Assembly: GCA_030264375.1 (NCBI GenBank)
Contig: JASCQW010000099.1
Location: 53,511,400-53,575,399 of the forward strand
From: Carcharhinus longimanus
Lineage: Eukaryota
Direction of reading: 5' to 3'
Length of the DNA stretch: 64,000 nucleotides
Shown: positions 49,726-63,292 of the stretch, piece by piece
Layout of the letters: each line of letters opens with the position of its first letter
Position numbering within the stretch: the stretch's first letter is position 1
Program-made: the position numbers and the translations under genes
The notes under the pieces: model-generated
Database searches by the model: none
Seen by the model: only the letters and a program-made list of their open reading frames with translations
What the model was told of the DNA's origin: nothing

Positions 49726-51784
49726 ATATTGCATTTTTTCCTAATGTGCTGCCAAAGGAGAGGTACACCTGGCTGACAAAAGGTTCCTGTTCAGTAGTTC
49801 AAGCCACTTTTGAGGTCACATAGTTAAGATTTTTATACAAACTATCACTGGAGTAAATAACTTGCCATCATTTAGAATTGACCATCTGCTATAATTAAGT
49901 CACAAATTTGCAACAAATGTGAATTTGCAGCTGTAGCATAAATGGGCAATAGAATGAATTCATTTAACATTCAACTAATTGAAACTGGCAATGCTTTGAC
50001 CATCCAACTAGACACAACGGGATCACTTTATAGCTGCACAGCCAAACTGCACTGCATTCAAGGTGAGAAAGAACAGCTCACCATTGGCAAATTAATCTTC
50101 ACTGATTAGAAGTTATGTTTAAATTGAATTCCCCGTATTCTCCAACTGAAAACAACTACTTAACCAAAGTGTCTTCCCAATCATTGCAACATAAATCATG
50201 TTTAAAAGGGAGTCAAAAGAATTCTTCATATTGGGCACTGCAATTGGATTGACAAGGTTCTCAGGATACCTAAAAATTACTTCATGTCCTACTGCTTCCT
50301 GTGATAGCCTGACAATTTAATATGTTAAATGTTAAGCTTTTCTAACTGCTTTGGGTTCCTGAAAACCCAGAACACTAATGTGCACTAATTATCATTCTAC
50401 ACCTAACTATTGCAACTCGATCTGTTCAGGACCATCAATCAAAACAATTTAGAGTTCCGATTAATTCCATAAATGTGAATAAACATCATAAGATTTGTCT
50501 TTGTTGCCAGCAGATTTTATATCAGTCAGAAAAACTCCAGTTCACAAAGTCTTCATTGTTGACTGGGACCCATTGAATGCTAGCGAGCACAATTATTCAC
50601 TCGCAGAATTGACTCCAACTGAATTAAATGAGTTCTGATATAATGGAATGAGTGCAAGACTCAAAAGAATTGCTTACAATTGCTCATACATGAAAAAGAT
50701 AGCTAAGTCTAAATTAAGATGTTAGCTATGAAGTTTCCAATAGGACCTTGACATGACTGTTGACCTACTCATGACATGATCACACCAGCAAGGATTTGGA
50801 ATTCTATTAGTATTACCAGAAGAAAAAGTCAAGGAGTCATCAGGAAAACAAATCTATACCTTCTACTCTATCAGCCAATTATTGTTGTTAAAGTGGAATT
50901 AGATGTGTATTGACAATGTGAGGGGGAAGGGAATTAAACAGTGAACAGAATAAGATACTGGACAAATAAATGGCTTGTATTAAAAGACTGTTCTAAAGAC
51001 AAAATCCATTCTTTTTGGTTATTCATAACTGTAAGAGGTTGCATTTTATTATAAAATATAAAAGATGAGTAACAATGTTACAAGGCAGCAACACAATCAG
51101 AAGTTTCTAATGTTAGGGTGTGAGACTGAAGCTCAGGTGATTAAAACTGAAAGATTGATACAGCTATTATATCTTCTACATATTTTTATATCATAATATG
51201 CATGAATAATTACACAGTAGGTTGTCTGCCCCATCTTCCAAGTTTTTAATTCATTACATATTAACAATATAGATTTCAAACAAAGAGAAGTGTCTTTATT
51301 AAATAATCTAAATTATGATTAACTGATTCAGATATAAATGTTTTCAGGTATGAATGTTTACTGCCAGCATAGCTATTTTACTAGAAAAAAATCTAGAAGA
51401 TCTTTAGAAAAGTGCATTAACAGAAATATGTTAGATTAAAATCTGATGTGTGATTCAAGAATTCTTTTTAGAATCCATTATGTAATGCATATAATTTATA
51501 AGCTGTGTTCTATAAAAAACTGAAGACATTTCAATCCCCTTAAAAGAAATGAAAAACAAAGATTGGAGTTATTCTGTAAATATTGATCTCAGATCAATAT
51601 TGATCTCAGAAAAACAAAAACTCAGTGACAAAGATTCATCCATGCCTTACTATGGAGGTTAAACAATAGTATTAGATTAAAACAGGCTTATAGTACTGCA
51701 AAGTCAGTTTGACGATTGGGAATGTTTTAGAAACCAGCAGAGGGCCATCAAAAAGTTGAAATAAAAAGAAAAAATAGGAAGAGA

Positions 51785-51925
51785 GTTAAAGGTAAAGTTG
51801 GCTTAGTCCCAGATGACCATAGGCATAGGTGAGTTAAGCTGAGGATCACCACACCTCAGGCAAGGGGCAAGGTTGAGAAGGTAGGGCCTTTGTAAGTAAC
51901 CTCAGCTTGTATGGGAATTGAAGCT
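51785..51925 (-). mobile_element. tRNA-derived SINE fragment (non-HE1 family)
   Basis: Reverse complement ttcaattcccatacaagctgagg (B-box-like)...cttgcctgaggtgtggtgatcctcag...ggtcatctgggactaagccaactttaccttt. Confidence 0.55.
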
Positions 51926-53205
51926 GTCAGAAAAGGCCAGAAAATCAAAATGGAATTCTGGGATTTATATTTACGGACATCAAGTACAAAACCATGGAAG
52001 TCATGTTGCAATTCTGTAAGATATTGGGAAGGGTGTGGGCATGATTGGACCACTGAGTGCAGTTGTTTTAGCACTGTTAATGGAAGGTATTAGAGCTATG
52101 GAAATGGTACACCAAAAGTTCACAATGCCAGGAGGTGTACAGTTCTGAACAGATGTTTGAAAAATGTTTTAAATTTTCCTGAAGCAGAAAAGTTCAGAGA
52201 GGAGAAATTAAATAGTATTCACATTTTAGCTTTGGGAGGGTAAATAGCCAGATTGTTTCTACTGATTGGCAAATTGGTAACTAAGGGGCATAAACTCAGA
52301 GTCACTGCCAGAAAATGAATAACACAGGACATTAGAAGATACGTTTTTGATCATGCAGAGAAATTTATTGAAAATATCAGATATGGAATTCTCCCATGCC
52401 CCTGCCAGGGGCCCCAAAAATCAGTTATGCTACTGTGAAATTCCCATGGATCTTCTCTGGCGCCCACCATGACAGATCAGGAACTCGCTGATGGTTGGCA
52501 TGAAACTGATTTGCATCCCATTAATTGAATTGAGGTGAAGCCTAATCAGAATCTTCCCCACCATGCCCAATTCTCCAACAGAAAATCACGTCGGTCCAGA
52601 AAGTGTCTGGAACAACATGGCATGCAGAAGTCCAGATTTATCTGAAGAATGCCTGAGGCTGCTTCTGGAGTTCAGGATGGAAGCCAGTGGCTCTCAACCC
52701 TGGAAAACCACAGCAGTGAGTTGAGGAGCATCTATTAGGTGAATTCTCCAGTTTCAGCATTAAGGAGGTCTCTTATATCTAGTGGCTCAGAATATTCCTG
52801 GAGTTCATCTTCTTTCTTTAGGAAGTCCATCTTCTTTCTTCAATGGTGGGTCAGTGATTTTTGATGCTTTTTAAATATGGCACCCATATATGACAGTGGG
52901 ATGCATGCAATAAAGTTGCCTCACCGTTGAATGGGGCACTAAATCCCTGGATACATAATTAATGAGGTTGGAGTTGGAAGAAAGGGTGGTTTCCCCATTG
53001 GTCTCAGTAGCAGCAAACACTCTTTGTCCTCACGATGGAACTTAGTCCCAGATTAGAGAATTCTGTTTGAAGTATTGAAAATGGTGGAATTTACAAATTT
53101 ACGGGAAAAGGATCACGGCAAAGAGTGGCAGATGAATTGACGCAGTGATACAAAAGCAACAGTATGAATGGCCTCCTTCCGTGTTGTGATTTTTATAACG
53201 CTATG
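51925..53205 (+). mobile_element. Old CR1 LINE 3' portion interrupted by a probable DNA-transposon-derived insert (about 52390-53065)
   Basis: CR1-like ggaccactgagtgcagttgt, ggtaactaaggggcataaac; tail gaatggcctccttccgtgttgtga. Confidence 0.6.
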
Positions 53206-53221
53206 ATGCACTATTTGGAAG

Positions 53222-53991
53222 TGTCATGAATGTGCCAGCCGGTCCAAAGCCACCAATATTTCAAAAGGTATTTCACAGGATACGAGTCCCAATAACAAAA
53301 TTAGCAGTTGTAGACAACCAAAAAGAAATACATTAATCCACTAATAGGAAATACTTTGGGTAGATGATGGTACCATTCAGGGAAGACATACATACAATAA
53401 TGTTAGAATTAGCAGAAGTCAAGAGGACAGACAACCAAATACACAGAGAGTATCTTTAAAGAGAAACAATGATATAATTGGCAGCCATTTTGTGGAAACA
53501 GAAAAGCAATATCCATCCAGCAGACCAGAAACCAGCGTGCAGAGTATCTTTCATGGAGGCGGTTAAAAGCCATACCTCTGCTGAACCAAGAAGAGATGTA
53601 ACTCAGAGTAACTACTCAATCATAAATAGTGTGGTAACTATAAGCTGGCCTTTACTTATAGATCTATTGGATTGGTGTTTGTTTGGGCAGAGGGAAGCCC
53701 TGAGAGAGTTCAGATCTTGTAAATATATTTTGGATCAGAAGGAGAATTCCTATTTGAACTGTGTGGGTGTGTTTAGTATTCTTGTATATAATTGTCTTAT
53801 GTTTGTTTGTGTGTATATATATATCCTTTCTTTACTGTAAAGTGTTTTACTATGACTGGGCTTGTTACTACGCTCACTGAGTATTGCATGAGGCTCCTCA
53901 CACCATTCCTATAAACAAAACCGTACCCCACCATGAACTGGTGTTTCAGGTCGGGACATCCTCGCCGTTAACATCAGCCAGGTTCATGACA
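53222..53991 (+). mobile_element. Solo LTR (Gypsy-like), 770 bp
   Basis: Terminal inverted 9-mers TGTCATGAA...TTCATGACA; 4-bp TSD gaag at 53218-21 and 53992-95; strand is a guess. Confidence 0.8.
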
Positions 53992-54211
53992 GAAGTATAT
54001 GTATACATGTCAAGCAGAATAGAAATTGACTGATCATCACACAAAAATGCCAGACCCATTCACTGTCTATGATATCTGACAAAGAATAGCTAACGGCTTA
54101 ATGTACAAAGGGTCACTGCCCAGGACAAGCTGCCACCCAAAGAGAAATAAGAAGTTAAGGGGAATAAAACACCACTTCACGAATTCTTCCTTAATACTTC
54201 CCCTCATTGTC

Positions 54212-54490
54212 ATGTGAAAACCTCCACCATCAAAAGGACCAGGGCTGCACGTGCATGAGAACGGCACCACCTGCAAGTTCCTCTCCAAGACACGTACCAT
54301 CCTGATTTAGAACTACATTGCTGTCCCTTCACTGTCACTGGGCCAAAATCCTTAACACCCTTCTTAACAGTACTGTGTACCTGCACCACATGGACTGTAC
54401 CAATCACGAAGGTGGTTCACCACCACCTTCTCAAGAACAATTAGGAATGAGCAATAAATGACACCCACATCCAATGAAAAATGAACAAAG
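54212..54490 (+). mobile_element. 3' end of the second LINE family
   Basis: caccacctgcaagttcctctccaag...ccaccttctcaagaacaattagg matches 19650-19830. Confidence 0.85.
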
Positions 54491-54509
54491 CCATTTGTAA
54501 TACTCCAAT

Positions 54510-55260
54510 GAATCATAAGAACAAATAGCAAGAGCAGGCCGTTTAGCACCTCCTCTTTCATAGCTGATCTGCAACCTAATTTCATACACCCATCTTTGCC
54601 CCAAACACCGTTAAAACATAATACATAAAACTGACCAGTTGACAAAAATCTAAACAAGTGATTTCATATCAACTGCCATTTGTAGCAGAATTCCAAACTC
54701 TTACCTCCCTTTGTGTGCAGAATTGTTTCCTTATTTCACTCCTGTTATAGTTTCCAAACTAAACCCTATTGCCCCAGACTGTCCAGCCTGAAGAAACAGT
54801 TCCTCTCTATCTGTGTAGTGTTCCCTTTGAGGCCACTTCTTCCTTCCAAAGATGTGGTAACTAGACCTCCTCAAAGTACTTCAGGTATGATCTATCCAAG
54901 GTTTTGTCGAGATGAAGCATGGGTTCTACTCTCTTGTATTCTAGCCCTCTGGATATAAAGGCCAGCATTCCATTAGTCTTTAGCTCGGTTTCTGTATCTA
55001 TTCATAGCATTTTAATGACTTACGTATACAACCCCAAAATCTCTTCCTAGCTGTTTCTAGCTTTTCAACACTTAGAAAGTATCCTGCTCTATCTATTCTA
55101 GGTTTAAAATGGATGACATTACATTTACCACAGCTTTGCCCATTCATTTAAGCCAGTAAAATATATCCTTGTAACTTTATGCTTTCATTTACACTGCTAA
55201 CAAGATATTTATCTTTGTGTCACTGTCAAATTTGCATACGTAGCTTTACAAATCCTTCAC
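54510..55260 (-). mobile_element. CR1 LINE 3' portion, decayed
   Basis: aatcataagaacaaatagcaagagcaggcc tail; ggatataaaggccagcattccattag. Confidence 0.75.
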
Positions 55261-56009
55261 CTAAATGGTCCTGCATCTCTTTCATCTCTATGCTGTAGTG
55301 AGACATGATGAAGAGTACCATCACTGTCCCACGCAATGCCTGGCACACCATGTATATTAGAACCATATGAAAAATGATGCTAACCTGTACCACTATTAGA
55401 GGTTTTGTGATCTTTCACTAATTTTTCTTTAATAAGGATTGAGTGAACTCATCTACAAACAACAAACTTCTCAGAGCTAACATTTTTAGTAGTCTATCTG
55501 GTGTAAGAATTATTATATATGATAGCTTGAATAATTGTATTTAAGGAATTGGCTGTATTTTAAGCTTAAAAATTGGATGTACAGATTGCTCCACTGAGTC
55601 AATATCAGTATTAGAAAAAAAAGTTTATGTTTATTACATTTATCTACTAAAATATTTATTCCTTTCCCCTAAATATTAGTCATTTTGGCTTTAACAACAG
55701 TTCATGTGGAGCAGGAATCTTAAATTTTGCTTCATAAATACAAGTTCTACATTGGCAGTATACATTAAGTAAAAAAAAAATGCTTGTATTATTGTTTTTA
55801 ATTTAGCAGCTTTATAGACACATTTCATTAAAACCACTAATTAAATACTATTGAAACAGTAAGAGCATTTTATCCACCCTATTTAGGAAGACCTGGTGTG
55901 TGTGTTGAATAGCATCAAATGTTAGAGTAGTCTGGCTTTGGGCCACATGTTGCTGGGAAAGAAAGACAGCTTCCATTTTATTTTCTTACGTCATAAGGTC
56001 ACTGATTTT

Positions 56010-57385
56010 GCACTGATGTGCTGGGCTATGCTATCAGTGAAGAAGGAGATATTTATGGATCTTCCTCCTCTGGTCAGTTAGTTATTTTAATTGTCCATTG
56101 TCATTCATAACTGGATGTGACAGGATTGCAGAGATTTGATTTGATTTGTTAGTTGCAGGATCACTTAGCTCTATCACATGCTTCTTCTGCTGTTTGGCAC
56201 ACATGTTGTCCTGTGTCATAGCTTTACCAGGATGTCCCCTCATTTTTAGGTATGCCTGATGCCTGGCATCCTCTCCTGCACTCTTCCTCGACTAGGGTCG
56301 ATCCCCTGGCTTGATGGTAATGACAAGGGTGAGGGACATGTTGGGCCAAGAGGTTACAGATTGTGGTTGAAAATAATTCTGCAGCTGATGATGGCCCATC
56401 GCACCGACCTGTTAGATCGGTCCTGAATCAATCCTATTTAGCATGCTAGTAGAACCACACAAAATGATGGAGGGTACCCTCAACATGAAGACGGTACCTA
56501 ATCTCCACAAAGGCTGTGCATTGATCATTCTTACCAATACTGTTATGAACAAACTTAACTGTGAAAGGTAGACTGGCGAGGGCGAAGTCAAGTATGATGC
56601 CCTCATGTTTGATTCCCTTCCCACCTGCCAAATGTCCATTTTGGCAGATATGTCTTTCAGGATTTGGCTTACTTGGTCAATTGTGGGGCTACTGAGCCAC
56701 ATGCTGTGATGGAAACCAGAGTACATTCTCTGCCTATGCTACCCTCAGTACCTCTTTGAAGTATTGTTCAGGAATACAAAAACATCAGTTGAGGAAGGGT
56801 TGTAGTTGGTAATCAGCAGAAGGTTTCTTTGCCCCTGTTCAACCTGATGCCATAAGACTTCATGTGAACTGTAGAAAATGTTGTGGAGTGGCAGGACAGC
56901 TTACTCAAGACTGTATACCACTGCTTTGCCATGTCTAATGGGTCTGTTTTACTAGTGAGACAAGACGTACTCATAGACGGAAACAGAGCTGCTAAGATAT
57001 TGGCAGAGCTGCTAAGATTCGATGAATATGACTACATCAAGTTGTTCCTCGAACAGTCTGCTGGATAGCGCTCCCAGTTTTTTCATAAGACCTGGATTTT
57101 AGGTAGGAGATTTTTGCAGGGTCAACTGGGCAGGGGGTGCCAACATCATTTTGGTGCTTAGGTCGATACCAGCAATCAGTCCCAGTTTCATTCCTTGTCA
57201 ATATTTCTAAGCAGTTTGGTACAATCTAGTGGTAAGTCATTTCAAAGAGCAGTTAAGAGTCAACCACTTTGTGTGGGTCTGGAATCACACCAGGTAATTA
57301 CGACAAATTTACTTCCTAAAGGATATAGTAAACCAGGTGCATTTTTAAAACAATCCAATAAATTCATGGTCACCATTACTTTGGA
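56010..57385 (-). mobile_element. 5' region (leader plus endonuclease/linker) of a CR1/L2-group LINE, decayed
   Basis: Reverse complement has a linker resembling IRSKLCSPATSS..WTIKQLTGGG near 56050-56150; the 5' module at 57238-57380 is shared with 13880-14010. Confidence 0.6.
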
Positions 57386-58424
57386 AGTTTCCTTTTTTTT
57401 TGGTTAAGGATAGTGGCATGAACCAGGTTGCCCATTCATGGGAGGGAAAAGATGTTTGTAAGAGGGAAGCCTAGAATCTTAGAAAATTAATTTAATTCAG
57501 ATCTATCCTTCACAAACTGAAGACATTTGCAAAACAGGGAGATCAGAGTGCAGTGTCTGATCAAACATTTTGCTCAAAGTAGCTTTAAAGATCCTGCCCT
57601 GTTTCCACAGTACAACAATTGCAGACAAGTTCTGGATGCTTTTTGATTGAGGCATCATTCAAAGACAACAGTACTAACATACTGTAGATTTTTTTTTACA
57701 AAATTCCCAACAGGTCAGAGAATGGATGGATTGGAAGAGTTAAACTGAGTAGGAAAAGCTTCATCCATGATCAAGAACGTCTAATTTGAAGACGACGTAA
57801 TAATATCCAGAAACTGTTTACACTTTTTAGATATATACCAAAGGAGGGTGAAAGTTTGTCTCAAGAACAGATGCATCAAATAATCTACTACTTGCAAAAA
57901 AATGAAAAGGCTTTCAAATAGAATTCATCAAGTTCTTCTGATTTTGGCCCATGAGATGACCTGGAATGGGCTTTGAGTTTTCACTTGGGTCATTAATTAA
58001 TAATAAATTCATAGGGATGACAAAGAGAAAAGTAGCTATTAGATTTTTGTTGAGAATGTATTTCACAATTTAATTTCTCTGATAATTCTGGTGATTTCTT
58101 AGCATTCTTGTGTAAACTCACTTGCCTCATGTAGTAGGTACATTTTCAACTGCCGAGTTGTAAGTTTGTGTGCCAGTAATTTTAACTTAATTATTTTTAA
58201 TGTATCCAAAGTTTGACTGGTCTGAATACAAGTAAAATTAAAATACAACAATCCCATAAATCAGGGAATATGCTTTGGCAGAAAGCTTTTATAAGCAAGA
58301 ACAAGTCTGCATTTAGAAACTTGTCTTTTCAAAGGGCAAATAGCAAATAAAAATCTTATATGTTGTAGAGCAAACCTGGATAAATGAGGAGAAGGTTTCT
58401 CCAAGATTGATGCAGATGTCCTAT

Positions 58425-59020
58425 AGACATTGAAATTAGGAGCAGGAGTCAGCATTTCAGGCCTTTGAGTCTATTCCACTATTCTTGTTTACTTTCTATA
58501 CTCTTTGATTCCCTTACCGATTAAGGATCCATCCAACTCGGCCTTTTATTTCAAAACAACCTGCCTCTGCTGCTCTCTAGGAAAGAGAATTCTTCAGACC
58601 ACTGATCATCAGAGAAAAAACTTCTCATCTCTTAGATGGAATATCTTATTTTTAAACTGAATCCCCTAGTTCTAGTTTCTGTGACGAGGTGGAACATCCT
58701 CTTGGCATCCATCCTGTCAAGTCCCCTCAAGATTTATGTTTCAACAAGATCACCTCATTCTTCTCAATCCCAATTGAAAGAGGCCCAACCTGTCCTAGCT
58801 TTCCTCAAGATAACTCCTTTATCCCAGGAATTAGTTGAGTGAACCTTTGCTGAACTGCTTCCAATGCCGTTATATCCTTTCTTAACTAAGGATACCAAAA
58901 ATATCTGCATTACTCCAAATGTGGTTTCACAAACATATACAACTATAGCAAAGCTTCCCTTACTTTTATATTTGATTCTCCTTGCAATAAATGACTTCCC
59001 ATTTGCCTTCCTATTCCAGT
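58425..59020 (-). mobile_element. CR1 LINE 3' portion
   Basis: gacattgaaattaggagcaggagtcagcatttcaggcctttgag tail; ccatcctgtcaagtcccctcaagattttatgtttc. Confidence 0.85.
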
Positions 59021-59855
59021 AAGTTTTTGCTGTCTCAACCAAGCTTAGGTCAAAGCAAAAATATTCAGAATTCAGTAAAAATGTACAATCTGACTTAAAT
59101 AGGTGATTAATAATAACTGCAAAGCCAGCAAAGCTCAACGTTTGATTAGTCACAAGACCTGTAGTGATATCATCAGAAATATTTGTGGGTTTTTCCCTCT
59201 CTTTCGTCCTGGACTGTAAGCAAGCGACACCTGTCTAACAGAGCTCGATTAACTGGTTAAGTAACCCACCGTGTAGCAACCTTTTCATCCTTTTACTCTG
59301 CTGTACCAGTGAGCTGACCACATTAACATGTAACACATACACTGGAGTTTAACAATTGCATTCTGTAACTGGAGTATCATATAATAATGGTAAATTTGGG
59401 ATTTTTACTCCTGTCTAATTTTTAATATCCACTCCTAATCTTGACACAAGATCCGTCAAGAGAGTATTACATCCATTCTTCGACTTTTTTGTGATGAGAA
59501 ATCACTATATCATCAGCTTAAGGAATACAATTGTTTTACATAGTAGGAAGGTTCTATTTCAGTTTTATTCCCTGACTGTTTACTGCCACAGCAAACACAA
59601 GAACCCAGGCAACATTGGATGGGTAAATAACCTCAACATATACTGATCAAGGAAAGTGGCATTGATATGAAATCTATTAATCAGCAGAAAAACCTTCCAT
59701 CAAATGCAATAATTAAAGGACTGAGAAATAAAAAAAGGAATGGATGGAATTAAAGATAACAGCAAAAATAGAAAATTGCCACAAAGAAAGAAAAGAAACC
59801 AAAACAGAAACAAGAAGTAAACCATGCTTTGGTGTATGAGGAAATATCCACTTAC

Positions 59856-59898
59856 CAAAAGTATCAACATTTTCTCCGAAGTTGACAGTTTTTAGGTG
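59856..59898 (-). CDS. Candidate 43-nt internal exon, HLKTVNFGENVDTF, gene unidentified
   Basis: Acceptor ccatctgttttttacag; donor TTG/gtaagt; exactly one open frame; not in a recognised repeat. Confidence 0.45.
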
Positions 59899-62028
59899 CT
59901 GTAAAAAACAGATGGTTCTGCCTCCAACAGCATCCCTTGGAACCTGATTTAGCTCAGCAAACAGGAGGGTGTAGCACTCTATTATGGAGGCACATCAAGC
60001 AGGCAAAGGGAAGTTGGACAAACATCAACAGGACAGAATAAGGAAACATTTCGGCAAGCGGCCACATATACTCTAGGACTGCAACTGAATCTTGATACTT
60101 GCTGTCAAGTGCTGTATTATATCACTTCCAGTGTCACATAAAACACCACAATATCATAGTGAATTACTAATGTTAATAGGTAAGAGCAGATAAAGCAAAA
60201 ATACAACCAGACCTGCAGTTACCAGAAGTCTGTGAGGAACAAATTAGGACTTAATAAATGTTTGTAGATAAATGCATCCCTACAGCAAGTGAACCAGTGG
60301 CATCTAGTGACAGAAAGTAGATTCTGCATTTTAAATGCAACAGTTAATGAAACCTAAGACAACTGTTAAGTGTAGTTTTAATAGGAATAAATGTTTTCTT
60401 TGGCAACGAAGATTGACTGAAGAAAGCCCCATTGTATTAGTTTGCCTTAACCTTATTTTCATAGTATTTCAGATATTACCACAAATCAAAGATAACTGCA
60501 GATAAAATACAGCCCATAAGTTTCCATTTATTCAGGATTATACTTAAGTTAACAGAGTATCAATAATATTTTCTTAAATTATATAAACATCATGTTTATA
60601 GCATAACTGATTAGAACTAATATTTTTTCAAACTCTAAAAAGAGCCTTGATTGAATTTAAACACATTAAACCATCTAAATCATTTAGAAAAACTGAAGTT
60701 TTGAATGATCTATGGTTATCAACTGACTTAAGCTGGCGGTATGAAAATAAGATGTGCTCATCTTCAAAGTGCTTTTGCCAAAAATAAACAGCCCCCCACC
60801 TCACCCCCACAGAGGAAGATTACCTATCCCACTTAATGCACAAGGTTTAATTTTAAGAGTTGAGCTAGGACTCTAATGTCCAAGCATTTTACTTTAGCAA
60901 GCAAATGGGAAAATTTACAAAAGAATAGCTTCAGAAATAGGAAAAAAAGAGAAGCGAAATACTACTGTGTGAATTTAACCACACACTGATGAAGTCAAGC
61001 CACACTGGCAGATCCTTATTAGTTATTGGAAAAATTGTTGGAGTTAATATTGACACAGCAATGTGTAAATCAATATATCTAGAAGGGGCAATACATTTTA
61101 ATTTAAGAAATGTTCAAACTGTAGCAGCAAATCCATGCACTTAGCACATATGCACCATCAAAAGGTTTGCTAGCAGAGACATTAATTCTGCATAGATCAG
61201 AGGATGGTAGCCAGGGCCTATTCAGAAATGTGCGGCATGCAGCATTTGCTCAGATTCTCATTTTACAAAGAAAGCATCATAAATCACAAGTGAAGCTTAT
61301 AATAATCTATTTTCAGTTATTTTATGAAGCATTTTTACCCTTGATGCAAAGCGCTTGCATTTCAGTACCATCAGTGGCAACAGTTTATTTTTCTATTGCT
61401 GCAAATACTGTAGCTAAGATGGTTTATACAAATGTGTTCATAAAATTTTAAGATATGATTCACCTACTTAATAAAAAGGAAATGCAAAAGAATGCAACAC
61501 CAAGGAAAAGTGCATTTTAATATTGCACTTTTTTTTTGCTTTTTTAATTTTATAAATAAGTCAATATATTATGTTTTGTTTATAAATGCTTAGCTCAAAC
61601 CACTTTGAAATTACTCCCATAATTAAATCAATGTCTCTGTAGGAGCGCATTAATATTGAGGCACAATTTCAGTAATTTTATACTGAACCCATTTTAGGCC
61701 AAACATTAAGGAAGGAGTAAAGCATAAGAATGAAAATCATATTGCTTTACACTTACAAAATGCTAAAAAAAATTGAGCACCTTATGAACATGTTGATTGC
61801 TTCCGGACAGTGAAACATATTCTGAACTAATCTTGAAATACAACTCTGTATTTTTAGGACACATTAAGAAAATGGTTTGAATTACATTTGTATATTTGAC
61901 GTTCAATATACATTTAAGATAACTTTTAATTTAGTTTAACTATGGATTCCTTAAATGCAAAAGCAACATGACAAAAATGACTGTATTGAGGGGATTGACA
62001 AAAACATTCCTCTCAGCAAGGCATTCAC

Positions 62029-62152
62029 TTTATTGAGGTTGAACTCCTCATGAGCTCTAACGGAACTTGCTCCGAACTCAGGAGAGGGTATTCGGGAAAG
62101 TTTGTCGTAATGAGAGGTTTGTAATAATGAGATTCCACTGGATTCGCAGCAC
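62029..62152 (-). CDS. Candidate 124-nt exon (or conserved non-coding element)
   Basis: Acceptor gctttagctttgacag; weaker donor AAA/gtgaat; 5 CpGs; frame CCESSGISLLQTSHYDKLSRIPSPEFGASSVRAHEEFNLNK ends in phase 0. Confidence 0.25.
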
Positions 62153-63292
62153 CTGTCAAAGCTAAAGCCTTTGGTATTGATTTCATTAAAGGAAACTCCT
62201 TGGATCTTTGTAAGATGATTATCAAGATAGATTGGGAGACAATTTTAACTCCTTGGTTGTCAAAGGTTACTTTGATTAAACAGTAACTGTGTGAATAAAG
62301 TTCCTTCCTTGGTTTAGGGACAAGGTTAATAGTTCTGAAGTAAATTACGCCCACAAAAAAATACCTTTTCAATTTCACATGTGCTTCCTTCATTTGCCTC
62401 TTTTCAGAAATGCAATACTAATGTACATGATATCACCATTTCAAACAACACAGCTCTCTTTCTCAAGAAGCATGCATCAAAGTGTTGTTTCAGAAAAGGA
62501 ATTCAAAATACTAATGTACATTTTTCCAGAAATAACTTAATCATGCTAATTGAAGATGTTAAAATTAGGAGAAACTACATACTATGGCATCTTGGTTGTA
62601 TAAATAGATGCTGGATCAGTGACTGAACTGTGATGTCCATGTGCTTTCATTCAGCAATAAATCACTTTTGAAAATCAAAGTGTTTAAGTGAAGAGAAAAA
62701 TGATCCGAAAGATCTGGCCTCAGCGTGCAAACAGGAAGTTTATCTGTTAGAAGGTAATTTTAGCTGCATCGTAATAAAATGAAACAATGTCTGCTGACCC
62801 TCAGATGCCATTCCCATGTGGTTACTTGAATTCTTGCCATGCTACATAGAGAGCCAGCTCTGAAAGCTGATATGTCATGGCACAGTGACAGTTGAGTCTC
62901 ATGAAAAAAAAGTTTCCACTACCTCAATCCTCACAAAGCAGCTGTCAAATTAATTCTTTCACATTACAGTTCTGCTAAAGATTGTGGATGCTGCATTCTT
63001 TAATGTACAGAGAGATTGTACATTTTATTCACTCAATGGACTCAAACTTTTATGTGAATGCAAACCTAACCAAAGTGCTTAGTTCCAATGTATCGATCCT
63101 ATTGTGTTGTAAAAATCGTGATCCAAGCAATAGTATTTTCTGTTCATCCTTTTCACTATTTTATTGAAGTCAGATAATGCATTATTCTATGGTGTTACTA
63201 CAAACACAGTTTGATGAATAATTTTGTGGTAAAATACATTTTCCTAATTCTATATTTACTACCAAACGGAGTGAAATATAAAGACAAGTGGA

